DNA of 64,000 nucleotides from Macrostomum lignano (Eukaryota): NCBI GenBank assembly GCA_002269645.1, contig NIVC01003727.1, positions 1 to 64,000 of the forward strand, read 5' to 3'. Shown piece by piece: positions 48,691 to 64,000 of this stretch (position 1 is its first letter; each line of letters starts with the position of its first letter). The notes under the pieces were generated by a model. It saw only the letters and a program-made list of their open reading frames with translations, ran no database searches and was not told where the DNA came from. The position numbers and the translations under genes were made by a program.

Positions 48691-49146
48691 GTGATTAGCT
48701 ATCTTACCTTGTTTAACATAGCGCTCGGCCAATTCCTGCTGACGTGATCGCTTCATTTCACTTAAGATGTAAGTATAGTTGAACAAGTAGTATAATGTAA
48801 ACTTGGTTTAAATTATTTAATATTTTCTGTGTCAGTGTGTTCGTATATATATATAGTATAAAGAAGAAGCATGTTGACGCAGTTGTTGACATAGTATCTG
48901 TAAACCATCTGCTCAAGTTGGTGCAAAAATTCTATAGGCACTCAAGAATAGATCATTTACTATCTTTCTTCAAAAGGGTGATAATATTCACAAGTTTTCA
49001 ATATTTCAATAACACTTGAAATGTGTGAATAGCTTTGGAGTAAATTTGTCTTGAATGGAATCCTTTGAAGTGTGTTTGTGTCACCATTGCTAGAATCGGT
49101 TACTTGTATTTTGGACAGGTGGATATGCAATTCGTCTGAATAATCA

Positions 49147-49315
49147 CGTTGCGTAAAATATATTTAGCGTGCACTTGGAATTTCAGACTGCGTGCACATG
49201 GAATTTCAGACTGCGTGCACATGAAATTTCGGACTCTGCCATTTTTTTGGGCCTGCACTTACTATGTATTTCGCCATAAGGAAATCGGCTTTGTGTCAAA
49301 AAAACGTATACTACT
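49147..49315 (-). repeat. Right terminal inverted repeat of the Maverick, with three copies of a 23-bp subterminal unit
   Basis: GTGCAC-TT/ATGGAATTTCAGACTGC-type unit occurs three times at ~49165-49235 versus once in the left TIR. Confidence 0.9.
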
Positions 49316-50034
49316 GACCGCTGCCATTCTAAAGAACCAGGATTCATGTGAATCCTAATTGTACGATGAGGTTAGAGATTCAGATCTGACAGTCTTTAAC
49401 TGGCCCATCCGTAACCGTCCCTGACAGTTCCTAACTGACTGTCCAGGGAAGAGGGATGATTTTCACATAGACCAAACCCACTGACAAGGCTTGTGATTGT
49501 CAAACGATGGAGCACTTATTTTACTATGGACTAACGTATATTTTTTTCTTCTGTATGAAATTCATTCGGTTGGCGCTTAAAAGCCAAAGCGAAAACGAAA
49601 CCTTACCCAACAGTGGAAAATAAACTAATGCTAAAAAAGGTAGTTAATATATGTGTATCTCTAGCTAAGCCAGTGAGCTATCAAAGCTATCTGAATCCGT
49701 GGATGAATTGGTATTTATAGGTATCAAAATATTGAATCCATCATCCAGTTAAATAAAAGGTCACCTTATTTTACAGGCGTCAAACATTCACATTTGCCTA
49801 CCTGCTGTGAAGCATTTCCTTCAATTATCGGTGGAGTCGTGCCGCTGAAACCGGAGTCATTGTTCAATAACTGCGAGCACGTGTACTACGAGTATAATAA
49901 CTATTATGGATGGGCCTCGTAGGCATTTTGGCTTGTTTTATCAGTTTCTCTACTTTTAGTTCAGTAGCAAGGAAGAATGCGCAAGCTATTTGATGAAAAG
50001 AAATTCACATAGAATGACTTGCTATTAGAGTGAC

Positions 50035-50230
50035 ACTGAGAATTGTACAAATCAGCTTTGAGAATTGTACAAGTCAGCTTTGAGAATTGTACAAATCAGC
50101 TTTGAGAATTGTACAAATCAGCTTTGAGAATTGTACAAATCAGCTTTGAGAATTGTACAAATCAGCTTTGAGAATTGTACAAATCAGCTTTGAGAATTGT
50201 ACAAATCAGCTTTGAGAATTGTACAAGTCA
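50035..50230. repeat. 22-bp minisatellite (AATTGTACAAATCAGCTTTGAG)
   Basis: About 8 copies. Confidence 0.9.
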
Positions 50231-51899
50231 ACTCGGTTGGATCATGGAAAAAGATCGATGGATAGATAGATAGATAAATAATAGTACATTATACACATGT
50301 ACCAACAAATTGCCAATAATTTAAAGGCCCACTTGATGCAGCTAGCGGCATATTGCCATCTATAAGTCGCAGTTACCTCGGGAGAAATGTGCTGTTTTTC
50401 ACCTCTCTGTGAAGTATTTGAGCAATCGTTTCTCAAAAGATTTTTGTATTTCATATCGTATTTGAAGTTTTGGAGTTGCAGTCTTTAGCTGATCTCATCA
50501 GACAGAGTGGGTGCACAGAATATACAGAATATATTCTATGACATGCGTGTCTTTTTAAATTTACTCTGTCTCTTTTTCTTATCATATATCATATATACTC
50601 ACCAACATTGACTTTTCAATGTTTGGTGAGTAGTAAGGGTTACAAGCCCAGTGTTAGGCTTTCTGTTCTCCGGGGTCTTTATTTATCCGGGGACACCGCA
50701 AAGCAAAATTATTGTCGCTTTGCGATAACCTACCCCTGACTGACCCCTCTCTTTCAACCTACAGTCGGATGTCCTAAGACAACTTCCCCTTCTTGTGATC
50801 TCCGGGCCGGATAGCAGAGTCAGGGCCGTAGGATGTCCGGGAGAGACATCTCAAAGTGCCTGGACAATGCAAAGCAGCTCAAGATATCCGGGTAGGAGAA
50901 AACAAAGCAGGTTTTTTGCTTGGCAGTATCCGGGCGGATATCGTAAGTACGTTCGGATATCCGGGCCAGACAAAAAACCCCGGATAGTCTAAAGTGTAAC
51001 ACCGGGATTCACAGGGTCGGGATTCAATCCCGGAAAGTTAATGCTATGTTTTTTAATGTCTGATATAATAGCAATTAGCAAGACAGTTAGGTAAAATATG
51101 GAACATACATGCATCCATGTCCACTCTCTGTTGCCCACTTTGTAAAATCTTTGATGTTTGATTTCAGTCTTGTTTAAATAATTTAACGTTTGACTTTAAA
51201 TTTTGAACTCATCGTGCATGTCGTGACAACCTTGACAGCGTGAATGCCCACTGCCCAGACAGTAGTAGGTTGTGATTGTGAATGTAATATATACATTCAT
51301 ATTGCTTTGCAGTGATACATGTATATTACATAATCTAATATATTTTATACATAATATATATATGCATGTTACAATATTGATACTACGAGTAGTAATATAC
51401 TACTATAATATTTAATATACGACGAGTATAATAACATTGTTGCAATGTTATATATTACATTACCAGCCTAGCGTTACCCCTTTAGCTCCTACCATAACTG
51501 TAAGCGTTATAAAAATGTCATTCGCAGCATTTTTATGGGTTTATAACAATGTTATGACAAGGATGGTACTGGAAAATATCAATCCCGGGATTGACAGAAT
51601 ACGGGATTTTGTGACCCATAGTGAGTAGTCAAGAAAGTCAAGAAAACTGATTGGGGCAGCTTTAATCCGTCCAACCCTCGCACACCGCTCTCCCACTTCA
51701 TTCCTCAACTCAAGTCTACCGCGGCGTAGCTAAGTTGCGTTACTCGCAAAGATTGAGAGGCTTTACCTGCACTCTCAAAAGTGGCGACCACAGACGGAAT
51801 CTTCTGTGATGGCGACTTTTCGATGTTGTTGTGTATAAGATGCTGTATCAAAGGAGCACTTTGCAGGATTTAAGGTGGATGTTGTGATGTTGTGCAAAG

Positions 51900-53280
51900 T
51901 TGCCGTCACCGCTAGCTACTTGTCGTGCTCATCGACGGTGCTCTATCATCATTTACCCAGCGGATCCTGAAAGCCCGTCGAGCACGCTGGTCAGGACTCG
52001 TTGTAGAATCTGTGACACTGGCGTAAAACCCATGTACAGACGCGTTAGACTCTTCGGTGTCGAGAATGTCAGCAGGTCGCGATGATGGAACGCCTTGCTA
52101 ATGCCCAAACTTTGGCAAGGGCTGTTTCTCGGGCATTACGAACTTGTTCACATCTCTCATATCGTTTGTGATGCGCACTTGATGCGACTTGGCGGATGGC
52201 AGATCGGCACGGCTCCGTCTTGCAGGTGGATGCTAGCATCAACGACCTTGACGTACCCGATTCCTGCAAAACGCTGTCTAAAGGTCTTGATGATTTTGCT
52301 TTGGCGCTTCTGTTGTGGCATTGTCTGATCGTCTGCCCGTCGCCGCAGCCGCCAATGCAGCGCTGAGTGGCTCCTGGAGCTCTTTTAGATGCCAGACGCA
52401 GGGATTGCGTGGTCCGATGCATAGGATTCCCAGCTCCTCGCTGGTCTCGCAGCCAACGATCGTGCACCCGTCTCCTTGACAATGTTGTAGTTGAGACTGG
52501 CGCTGACGTCATAAACGGGGGTCCGAAGGGTGGCTTTGCCAAGAGTGGCGAGGGGTTTGCTGGAGCCGAACGGGAAGACCCGCTGCTTTGACTCGCGAAG
52601 GTTGTCGGCCGTGCCTCTGATGACCTTGAATTATTTAGTCCATCAGGTTGCAGCTGGCGCCGCTGTCGACTAGCAGGTCTGTGGCGTGGCCGTTGATGTC
52701 CATTTTCACGAGCGGCAGTCGCTTACGTTGTGGCGTAAGGCAGCACACCTCGCAGCTGCTGTCGCTGTCTCTCTGTTGCTGATCAACCGGCTGCTTTTCG
52801 GCGATAGCGTGCACCTTTCTGAAGCTCACAGACTTTGACAAGCACGCCTTCGCTAGGTGACCAACCGTGTTGCAGTTCCGACACGTCCTTCCTCTAGCCG
52901 CCTCGCCGTTCGATGGCCTGACTCTCCACGGCGGATTCACTTTGTTCTGGCTTGCTCCGGTCGGTCTCGCTTGGCGATACGCCGCATTGCGTTCACAGAC
53001 TCAGATTGCAGATCGACCGCCGCGAATGCCCTGGCCTGCTTCAGTGCTTCTTTGAGCTGGATATCTGGTGTCTGCAGCAACAACCTACACCCGGTCACGG
53101 ATGATATGGCCTGCCAGCTGGAGTCGCCGACGGCGCAACGGTTCGCTGGGACAGGCCGGTGCGGCGATAGAGCCAATCTTGCGCCGCATCGACCTGTTGT
53201 TCGAGCGATTCCGTCAGCATTCAGGTCTCGGCGTTGTACAATAGGGACGGTCTCGATCATCGCCTGGAACAACGCCGCCC
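51900..53280 (-). pseudogene. Decayed Gypsy-type gag-pol fragments
   Basis: Gag-like RLLLQTPDIQLKEAL, CCHC knuckle CRNCNTVGHLAKAC, aspartic protease LLVDSGASCNL, and an integrase Zn-binding-like remnant. Confidence 0.75.
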
Positions 53281-53299
53281 TCTGGCGGTCAGGCAGGGC

Positions 53300-53510
53300 C
53301 TCGGATTACAGGACAGCCCTCACGGAACGGCAGGCAACCCAGGCAAGTCCACGGCGAAGTCGCAGATCCTCGCGAACGTCAGGCATCAGACCGCCGAGGT
53401 AGACGAACTGCTGATAGCGCGGAAGCTTCTTCACCTGCCCGTCAGCGCCTCGGCAGAAAATAGTACCCAATCTGCCCACCGTGCCAAAAGGTGGGGGCAG
53501 TTGTAGAGGC
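53300..53510 (-). pseudogene. LINE (RTE-like) RT C-terminal fragment
   Basis: QQFVYLGG...EDLRLRRGLAWVAC motif. Confidence 0.5.
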
Positions 53511-54204
53511 ACAGACATTACTGCTAGCGATGCCAATGTAGGCTGACTTTGGAGATAACAAACAATAACAACAACAAAAAACCACGTTGTCAGACAGTCA
53601 CTCGAGTCATGAGAGGTAAAAGACAAAGTCACTGGATGTAGGAGAAGGCTTGGCCACTTCACGGCTTTGATTGTCAATGCATTTTAATTAATCGATATTT
53701 GGGTGGAGTGGAGTTGCGCCTGATAAAAGAGAAAGGTCCAAGCTGATTGGCTACAAGGACAACTTACTCGTAAGTAGAAGGACGCTACACTCGAAATCTA
53801 TGGTAAATGTTTTGACGGCAAATTTTCGCCGAAAAATACATTACAGAGATAGGAGGTTTTAATTTTTTCAGCACAAAAATTGTTATTGCTTTTGATAGGA
53901 GGCAGATCCAGTGTTCATCTTTTGATATGTTGTGCCTTTCTTATTGCTCTATTTATCATTCATAAAGCTTTTCCTTCAGAAATAGTTTTAAAGGCAGGTT
54001 TCACCGGAAAAATACACTATGGAGATAGGAAATTTCACGATTTTCAACACTAAGACAATGATTGGGTCTCTTAACAGTGTAATCACACTATTTTGTGCCT
54101 CACATGCTGCTCTAACGATTAAATCATGGCGAAAAAATATTAGGCTCGTTTAAACGCATTGTTCTGCGGCCAATCGTTATAGAAGCTTTATACTCGTATA
54201 TTAG

Positions 54205-54382
54205 ATTTTGAGCTGCAAAACTCAAACTGTAAGTAGCATTACTAAATGCCGAAATGTTTCCATAAAAGTTAACTGATTTTTTTTCTGCAGTTCGCAGCTC
54301 AATACGCACTCTGCCAACGGAGTGAGAGGGTGTGCGGCAACCGCTGCTACATCCCCATCGGCAAAGGTGCACAGGTAAATAA
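54205..54382 (+). CDS. Cys-rich peptide paralog 1 (signal exon missing or unlocated; 1-nt shift near the end)
   Basis: Donor at 54229 and exon 54291-54382 FAAQYALCQRSERVCGNRCYIPIGK(R)CTGK* if one A is restored at 54363-54365. Intron and 3' flank are homologous to paralog 2. Confidence 0.5.
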
Positions 54383-54675
54383 TTAACCCACCATCTCATT
54401 TACTGTTCAGACTATGCATATAAAATTATTTATGCAAAGCCCAATGACAGAAGCTTCTTTTCCCCAAGTCTTAGTCTAGTTCCCTCTAGTGCCCTCCCAA
54501 ACTCGAAATTTCACATGTTCGGAATCGCAGTTATTCAATATCCGTGAGACTTCAAGACTTCATTATCACAATAGTCCTAAGTAAACGTGTTAGCCTGTTA
54601 TTATTACTAGGTAAAATTTCATCGTCACTCAAAGATAACAACCTCTTCCAGCTATATTTGAGCACTTGAGGAGCA

Positions 54676-54909
54676 ATGAGACTCGCTATTACACTGGGAC
54701 TTGCCTCTCTGGCTGTCATGTTGTGCGGCCAAACCCACACTGTAAGTAGCATTGCTAAATATGTTTACATAAAATTTTATACATACATGTAGTCTAGTGA
54801 ACAGAATCTTTTGCTGCAGATCGCATCTCACTACGTCTGCCAACGAGGGGAGGCGCTATGTGGCAACCGCTGCTACAACCCTTTTTATCGCATCTGCATA
54901 GGCAAATAA
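54676..54909 (+). CDS. Secreted 51-aa Cys-rich peptide with C-terminal GK amidation signal (paralog 2)
   Basis: Exon 1 54676-54741 MRLAITLGLASLAVMLCGQTHT, GTAAGT donor, intron, TGCAG acceptor, exon 2 54820-54909 IASHYVCQRGEALCGNRCYNPFYRICIGK*. Confidence 0.75.
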
Positions 54910-55317
54910 CCAACCGATGATTTTTTCCCGTTCAAAGACGATGCGAAAAAAATTATTGCATGCAAAGCTCAATGACTGATGCTTCGTTTTACTAGGGTTG
55001 TATTTCACAAGTTTGCAATCACAGTTATTCAATAACTGCAACAATTCATGACTTCATTATCACAATTGGTCAAAGCGTGTTTACTTTTATACGCTCGTAA
55101 CTGGATAATATGGGTCTAATTTTATTCTTGAGCAAAGAATTGAACACTTCAGTTATTGTCGCGTCAAGACCGGGGGGACAGGGGGGGGGACATGTCCAGC
55201 AGTAAAAGTTATGGGAGACATTCCAAGGCTTTGTCCTCCCACCTTTGTTGACCTCTTATGGAAATCAAAAATTTTGCTTCAGGGCGATAAAACAGCGCCT
55301 ACGGCACGGCACCAAAA

Positions 55318-55718
55318 TGGTGCCTGCGGCGCCAAAATGAGTGCCTGCGGCGCCAAAATGAGTGCCTGCGGCGCCAAAATGAGAGCCTGCGGCGCCAAAA
55401 TGAGAGCCTGCGGCGCCAAAATGAGTGCCTGCGGCGCCAAAATGAGTGCCTGCGGCGCCAAAATGAGAGCCTGCGGCGCCAAAATGAGAGCCTACGGCGC
55501 CGAAATGAGAGCCTGCGGCGCCAAAATGAGAGCCTGCGGCGCCAAAATGAGAGCCTGCGGCGGCAAAATGAGTGCCTGCGGCGCGAAAATGAGAGCCTGC
55601 GGCGGCAAAATGAGAGCCTGCGGCGCCAAAATGAGAGCCTGCGGCGCCAAAATGAGTGCCTACGGTGCCAAAATGAGAGCCTGCGGCGCCAAAATGAGAG
55701 CCTGCAGCGCCAAAATGA
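55318..55718. repeat. 21-bp minisatellite (GCCTGCGGCGCCAAAATGAGA)
   Basis: About 19 copies. Confidence 0.95.
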
Positions 55719-56082
55719 TCGCTGAAAACACGGATTCTGAAAATAATGTACCTTAAGGTACATGTAGGAATTTAAGTACAAAAGGAAAAATTGCAACAAA
55801 AGTGCAATTCAGCATAAGCTTCTTAGAACTCGAGAAACAAGCAAAAACCACAGCGAAATTTTGCGTGTTAGATTGCAATTCTTGATCATTCTGCGCAATT
55901 TTGGTCGTCTAGTGCAGGAAACAAGCGCTGCGCAGTCACGCAACGATAAGGACAAAGTCTAAGCGATGTGTTCGCATAAACAAAATGAAAATTGCATCCT
56001 GGCTTCAAATCAGGGTTAAAAGCACATTCGGCAGCTTCTTTCACAATAAGGAATTTCTCGAGCCGCTTGTCATATAGCTTCA

Positions 56083-61011
<4,929 letters not shown>

Positions 61012-62519
61012 ATTAATTTTTAAACTGATTTTTAAGCCATTGTGAGAGGATGGCAATTGGACTATTGCCTGTCCTTTTGTCTTTGTTTGCATGCTGGTAT
61101 GTTTCACGTTGCTGACCCTGCATATCCGCTTGTGCAAAGTAAAAGCAACAGACAGGGAAGCCGGGCAAGGAGTTGGAACAAAGGGTTCGTGCAGAAGCAT
61201 TGAGTCATCTCATCCAGGTCCATTCCTTGGGCTCCCAAAAGATAAAATGATAATGAAATCGGGATTTTATGGTTGACTTATCGATTTCAGTTGGCCCGGA
61301 GCTGTACTTCGGGCTCCATTCAAGTGTTTAGGCTGAGATAAATTAAGTACATTCACTAAAGTGCATGGCCACATACTGTACTCAAGTAGTCTAAAGTGAA
61401 AATTAGTGATGGAGTTAAGGGTGCTTTCGTTTGTTTGCTATATTGGAAACTTATTTAACTTTGCACTAAACAGATTTACATGCACCGCAAGTTGAGTTTT
61501 TCCGAATCAACGTCTTTTTAATGATTTTTTTATCAGCCATGAAATATAATTCTTTGATAGCTGTCTCTAATTATTCCAATAAATATATTAATCGAGCTTA
61601 TATAATACTCGTACTCAAGTGGTTAGAAAATATTCAACAGATGTTTTCTGCGGATCGCAGCTTGTCTTTTAATTACCCGCATGATTAATAGATTTTCGCA
61701 AAGCTTCATTTGGTTCCTTCTCCTACCACTTTGAATCCATAATACTCCAATTTATTATTGTACACCAAAGAGCGTGTTTAGAGGCTTTCTCAGAAATTTT
61801 TTAATATTGTTAAAGGAATAACAAAATAAATGATAGAATTTTGTCCAACATGTAGACAGTTTCTTGTGCGTTCAGTTATTCCGGAATTTTCCGAGTGATA
61901 TTTTAAAAAAAATTCATTCGTACTGATCATACTGCTCACACTAATAAATAAATTTAACTGAAGCAGATCGGCCACATTCGGCTGAGGACTTCCGTTTCAT
62001 CTCTTTCTTCGAAATAAAAAATGATCGCAAAAATCCATGTTCTTAGGTAAAGTAAACTTAGAACAGACTTGCTAATCTACAGAGGCTGCGGAACAGGGAG
62101 CCAGAGGGGCAGGAGGGCGGTGTCTATCCTCCTAATGCTAGGAGGGCAGCTGCTTCAGTTCTTGAGCAAAAAATGCAATCAGGAACCTATCTAAGGGAGG
62201 TCAAGGTGGTCATTGGCCCCTAGGCAAGAAAAAGTGTCTCGCGGAAGCACCGGCAAAATATTTTACAGAAAATGATAAGAATTCAAATACAGTACACAAT
62301 AGTCAATAGATGATTACGTTAATCAGAAATAATTTACGTAATGAGAACTTGCGTAATAAGAAGAGAATGTTAAACTTAATTGTAACAATTGATCCGCTGT
62401 TTCATCTGATAGGTGATTGGTCAGTCAGAGCTTTCGACCTGTGACTGTACGGTCAGTCATGTGCATTGTGTTGAAGTTGGGCCCGTCGGCAGCTGACGAA
62501 CTTGGGTGACCCGCCGCTG

Positions 62520-63776
62520 CTATGCAGGACTGCCGCTGCTGGGCTCCCACATTAGCGTCCTTGGAGTGTCCATGACAGTGGCGCCCTGCAGCTCGCCATT
62601 GGCTAGTAGAGCAGAGTCAGTCCTGTCTGTCCGGGGGCCCAGCTCGCTATTGGCTAGTAGAGCAGAGTCAGCCCTGTCTGTCCGGGTGCCGCAAGTTGCC
62701 GCGCTTCAAGCAGGACGCGAGTCCAGAGCATCTGGGGCAGAAGTTGCAGCAGCAGGTGCCAGCAATCGCAGCCGAAGCGAGCAGGACGCAGAGCAGTGGC
62801 ATCAACCAGTAGTTTCTATCAGTCAGCTTGACTTCCAGCATTTGAGCATCGTTGTTGCGATCTGCAGTCTTCTCTGGCGCTCTGTCAGTTCTGTTGCTGT
62901 CCAAAACAGCGTCTGCAGAACTCAGCCTGGTCCGTCTGCATCGGTCGTTGCTTAAGAGTCGAATTTCAGAATTTTCAGAATCTTCGTGGCCACTGGTTTC
63001 GCTCAGCTGATTTGGTGCCACCTTGACATCGGGCTGGTCTGTCAAAAATGTGAATAGAAGCCAGCTTTCTAGAGTCAGGTTGCACTTTGAAATTCTTTTT
63101 GTTTCTATAAATAGCTCGTGCAGGTACGGGTAATTTCCACGGGTTTTCCTTAGAAATATGGAACTATTTTTTAAATCTGAATTTTAATTGGAATTCTCTT
63201 ATTATAATGATTTAGGCTACTTTAAACTTCGCTAAATCAGATCTAGTACGCTGACGATTAAACAGAATTGGGCCTTGCGGCTAAGGGACACAACTCTTTC
63301 ACGGAAATTCCATGGAATTTTCATGCCAACATGGAACCGTGAGCTAGAAATGCTTTATCTCTGATGCACGGAAATTAATCAAGATAATCAGAAAAGTCTT
63401 CTTAGAATTGTCTGGATCTGGGCCTCTTAAATTTTAGAGTGGTTGTTCTTGCTTTCAGAAGAGGGACTTTAATATCTGCTTTCGGCTTTGCACTACTCCT
63501 GACATCTAATCAAGTTTATACAGAAAATTCGTCATTAAAGAATGGCGACCTCACCCGAGACGGTAGTCGCGCGGCCTGACGGGTTCGCACATTCTGGGTG
63601 CGCCAGAGAAAACGACTTTAAGAACGCGACAGAGCGGACGTGGGACCTGGACAGGCAAGGCAAAGCCCTGAGTTGGTGTCAGGGTATTCTCCAGGCTGGC
63701 AGTCGCTGACGGGAGTGCAGTCCGCGGCAAGGAGGACCGTCAGAGCCACAGCCAAGTGCAGCACGAAGTGCTTCAT
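62520..63776 (-). CDS. Probable type I membrane protein with signal peptide and single TNFR-like Cys-rich motif
   Basis: Exon 63776-63555 MKHFVLHLAVALTVLLAADC...CQPGEYPDTNSGLCLAC; exon from 63038 with TM segment YWLMPLLCVLLASAAIAGTCCC. The model needs two 1-nt corrections (~63650, ~62695). Confidence 0.45.
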
Positions 63777-64000
63777 ATTGTCTTGCGCATTGCTTTCAGA
63801 CAGATTTATCAAGAATGCGCTGCGACATTGGGCCTTTTCATATTACCAATTCCATAACCAGAATCGGTTCGGAATTCCAAGAAAAACAGCAGTATAACTA
63901 TTAAACTCTGTTAATATTTGACTGCCTTAACAACCTAACTTAGCACGATTTTTCACTTTCTTCTTGGCGATTGTCATTCAATAATAAAAACTTTATAGCA

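Larger units (their letters stand above)
33982..49315 (-). mobile_element. Maverick/Polinton (adintovirus-like endogenous virus), 15,334 bp
   Basis: TIRs start AGTAGTATACG, first 59 bp identical, ~103 bp alignable. 6-bp TSD GACCGC at 33976-33981 and 49316-49321. Hallmark genes: integrase, MCP, penton, ATPase, adenain-like protease, pPolB remnants. Confidence 0.97.

Noticed and set aside
50690-51625. ATCCGGG / ATCCCGG motif clusters resembling transposon subterminal repeats
   Set aside because: No matching termini or TSD could be defined.

Overview
Eukaryotic (invertebrate metazoan) genomic DNA with spliceosomal introns. GC-rich exons and minisatellite-filled introns suggest a Macrostomum-like flatworm, but that identification is only an inference. 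Host genes are the 3' end of GTF3C3, a secreted Arg-rich repeat protein, a complete OGDH, two divergent head-to-head otopetrin-family genes, a tandem pair of small secreted Cys-rich peptide genes and a probable TNFR-like membrane protein. Decayed LINE, Gypsy, Crypton-like and MITE sequences are scattered among them. The main feature is a 15,334-bp Maverick/Polinton (adintovirus-like endogenous DNA virus) at 33982-49315, bounded by AGTAGT-starting terminal inverted repeats and a perfect 6-bp target-site duplication (GACCGC). All its genes are on the minus strand: cysteine protease, major capsid, integrase, penton, packaging ATPase, PLA2, dUTPase and an internally deleted pPolB. It also carries unusual cargo: a TATA-binding-protein-like gene, an intron-containing putative SSB gene, a secreted mucin-like ORF and a 36-bp tandem array. 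Single-base homopolymer frameshifts also occur in the essential OGDH gene, so some apparent pseudogenisation is probably sequencing error. All protein assignments come from motif recognition by eye; no database searches were run.
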